DNA of 64,000 nt from Lama glama (taxonomy: Eukaryota), in the NCBI GenBank assembly GCA_028534125.1, contig CM052816.1:78866001-78930000 (forward strand), written 5' to 3'. Below, one piece after another: positions 61,713 through 64,000 of the stretch (positions within the stretch are counted from its first letter, which is position 1; each line of letters opens with the position of its first letter). The position numbers and the translations under genes were made by a program. The notes beneath the pieces are model-generated. The model did no database searches and was not told the DNA's origin. It saw only the letters and a program-made list of their open reading frames with translations.

Positions 61713-62356
61713 CACATTAACTGTGGGGGCAATGAGACCAGGAAGGGAAGAGGGGGGATAGGAAATCTCTCCCCAGCAGGACTATCTGGGCTGGAGTTAG
61801 TCATCCCCCAAACAGACATCCTCAGGCCATCTCTGTCTGGACACGGCCCATCCTCAACAGACCCCAGAGCCAGTTCAACCTCTGTTTGCTTGAATTCTGG
61901 CCCAGTGCCCTTCAAGGTGATGGAGAATGTGGGGCTCTCCAATTATTTAGACAGAAAGTTGCATTTCTGTGATGCTGAAACTTTCACTGCTGGCTGCAGA
62001 CAAGTATCTGTGAAATGAGCACATCTGGTGCCCCACTGAATGAATCTGCTTTGCGAGGCTCGTTGAGGGTTTGCACGTAAGGCCTCCCTGTCTGCAGACA
62101 TCAGCTTCCTCTTCTTCTCAATGGAGATGGCGGTGGGGAATTAAACCAAATGACAAGCATCCAGCATGATGACTAGGAGGAAGTAGGGGCTCAGCCTTCC
62201 CCATGACCCTGCCCTGATGTCACACTGCCCTAAACTGGGAGAGTATTACTGTCAGAGTGCTGGCAACATGTGGCAGGAGAAATACAGGAATCCATATTTA
62301 GCAACTAACACTTGAGTTGCAATTAGTTTATCAGGCCTACCAGGTCATTTTCCAGC

Positions 62357-62425
62357 TCAGTTCTTCTCAACCCTAGTGCACATTAGAATTCCTGGGCAGA
62401 ATTTTAAAAGCTACCACTCTCTGGG
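62357..62425. mobile_element. MER5-like fragment
   Basis: 'cagttcttctcaaccct.gtgcacattagaat.cctggg'. Confidence 0.6.
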
Positions 62426-62519
62426 TTTCAGTTTGTTCCTCTGTAAACTGGGAGCAGAGAGGTGAGTAACTTACCACGTGTTTCACAGCTGAAGAAAGCC
62501 CCAGGTCAAATGAAGCCCA

Positions 62520-62700
62520 GCCAAGGGTGTTCACCCCAGTGGGTACTGTCTTTAGGTAAAATTATGATATTTCATCCATCATGGACTTTTTTGCATTAAT
62601 TTTGAGTTTTAAAACATTGCATTATAATATTATTTATCTTGGTTCTTAAGGGTTTTTTTTTGTTTCTTTCCTTTTTTTTTTTTTTGGCATTCCCTTCAAT
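62520..62700. mobile_element. Probable hAT-Tip100-like MITE fragment
   Basis: 'ttgcattaattttga...attgcattataatattatttatcttg' resembles MER91/Zaphod-group elements. Family uncertain. Confidence 0.45.
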
Positions 62701-63439
62701 ATTATACAAAGCCATAGCCAAATGATGGGGAGTACTTAACAGGAAACCTCATCCCATTTCACCTGTCTGGGAATGGCATTTAGAAACGGAAATGAACTGG
62801 ACATCCTGTCTTTTCCCTCAGAGGGTCATGTTATGCCTCACTACACTTCTGTGCTGTGTTTCCAGGAGCGGTGATGGCTGGTCACAAGGATAAGGATGAG
62901 CAGCTGGTCTGTGGCACAGCTGGCCGCTGGCCCATGAATTTCTGAGGCTTCTCTATGAGAAGTCGGTGGAGAGTAAATTGAAGACTGCTTAGATTTGGGC
63001 TGTGTCTCTTTAGCAGCTTAAGCAGTGGATGAAATTCCTCCCCAAAAGGAGTATTCATTACTTGACCTGCCACTAGCTTATAGTTAAGCTTTTGACTTTG
63101 TCTGGCTTGAAATTTTTAGCACATACTCATCTGAATTAGGAAGTAAGTGAGTGACAATACCGGAACCACACCCTTACACATTGTTGGACCAAAAGATAAT
63201 TGATTTGCCTCAAAGGAGAGCCATGTTTATCAGGCCAGGAGACAAGTGAACGGTTTCCAAAGGGAACACTGGGAGAAGGTGAAGCCTGAGATCCAGCGAA
63301 AAGTCCTTCCTGAGACAGGAGACAGATACCCGTGCTGCAGGTGGAGTCACACCTGTCTAACTTTATCTGCCTCAGGGAATGTCTCCAGTCACCTCAGAGG
63401 CTATGGCTGAATTCTCAACAGTTTCTCTAAACTCGCCTT

Positions 63440-64000
63440 TACTATGATTTCAATTCCCACTAGAACATAAGCTCCGTAAGGACAAGGATTTTTGCTGGTT
63501 TAGTTCCATGCTATGTCTACAGTAATGAGAATAGAGTTTTACCTGAAATAGGTGCTAATAATCATGCCACCCTCCTGACTGCATCTTCAATATCTTCTGT
63601 TTCCTTTAAAACAGTGAAGCCCTCGTGTGGTCTAAGGGCCTGCGTCACCTGCCCCTGCATACTTCTCCAACTGCGAGCCAGGCCACCTTTCCTTCACTCA
63701 CTGTGCTCCGAGCTTGCTCCCTACCAGGACTTTGCAAATGTTTTCTCCAACGAGTCAGACACACACACACACACAATACTTCACAGGACTAGCTCCTTCC
63801 TTTATATCTGTAAAAAGGTCTTCTCTTCACAGAAGGCTGCTCTTACCCATGGAGAGTCTTTCCTCCTTTACTCTGATCACTACATTCTGTTTCTTTCAGA
63901 GCACTTTTCTCAACTTGTACCTAAAATTTTTGGTCCATTTATTACCTATCTCTATTAGGCTCTGGAACCCACAAGGGCATGAGCATGACTTCATTTGCCC
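63440..64000 (+). mobile_element. L2 3' fragments
   Basis: 'ccactagaacataagctcc.taaggacaaggatttt..taggtgct.ataa' and 'ggactttgca.atgtt...cagagcactt'. Confidence 0.65.

Noticed and set aside
1..64000. Prokaryote-style systems (CRISPR arrays, operons, defence islands) or a novel multi-gene system
   Set aside because: The sequence is mammalian non-coding DNA, with no regularly spaced repeat-spacer array and no long intact ORFs.

Overview
This is mammalian genomic DNA, non-coding and rich in repeats. Three tRNA-derived SINEs of the camelid (vic-1-like) type suggest alpaca, llama or camel, and I saw no ruminant, pig, primate or rodent SINEs. I recognise no protein-coding exon, RNA gene or processed pseudogene. 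The only ORFs with recognisable homology are decayed LINE-1 ORF2 remnants. The window is a mosaic of three layers: ancient repeats (MIR, L2, L1M, MaLR/ERVL LTRs, hAT and Tigger DNA transposons), younger lineage-specific insertions (SINEs, short L1 3' ends, an intact-looking solo ERV LTR) and repeat-poor stretches that may be regulatory. I found no evidence of a novel multi-gene system. The best leads are: candidate +strand non-coding exons with strong splice sites, an antisense bias of young retroelements, CTCF-like motifs, a homeodomain-motif cluster, several ultra-short retro-insertions with target-site duplications (TSDs), nested insertions, and a palindrome carrying an internal duplication. 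Repeat family names come from recalled consensus sequences and were not checked by search. Boundaries are approximate unless TSDs are given.
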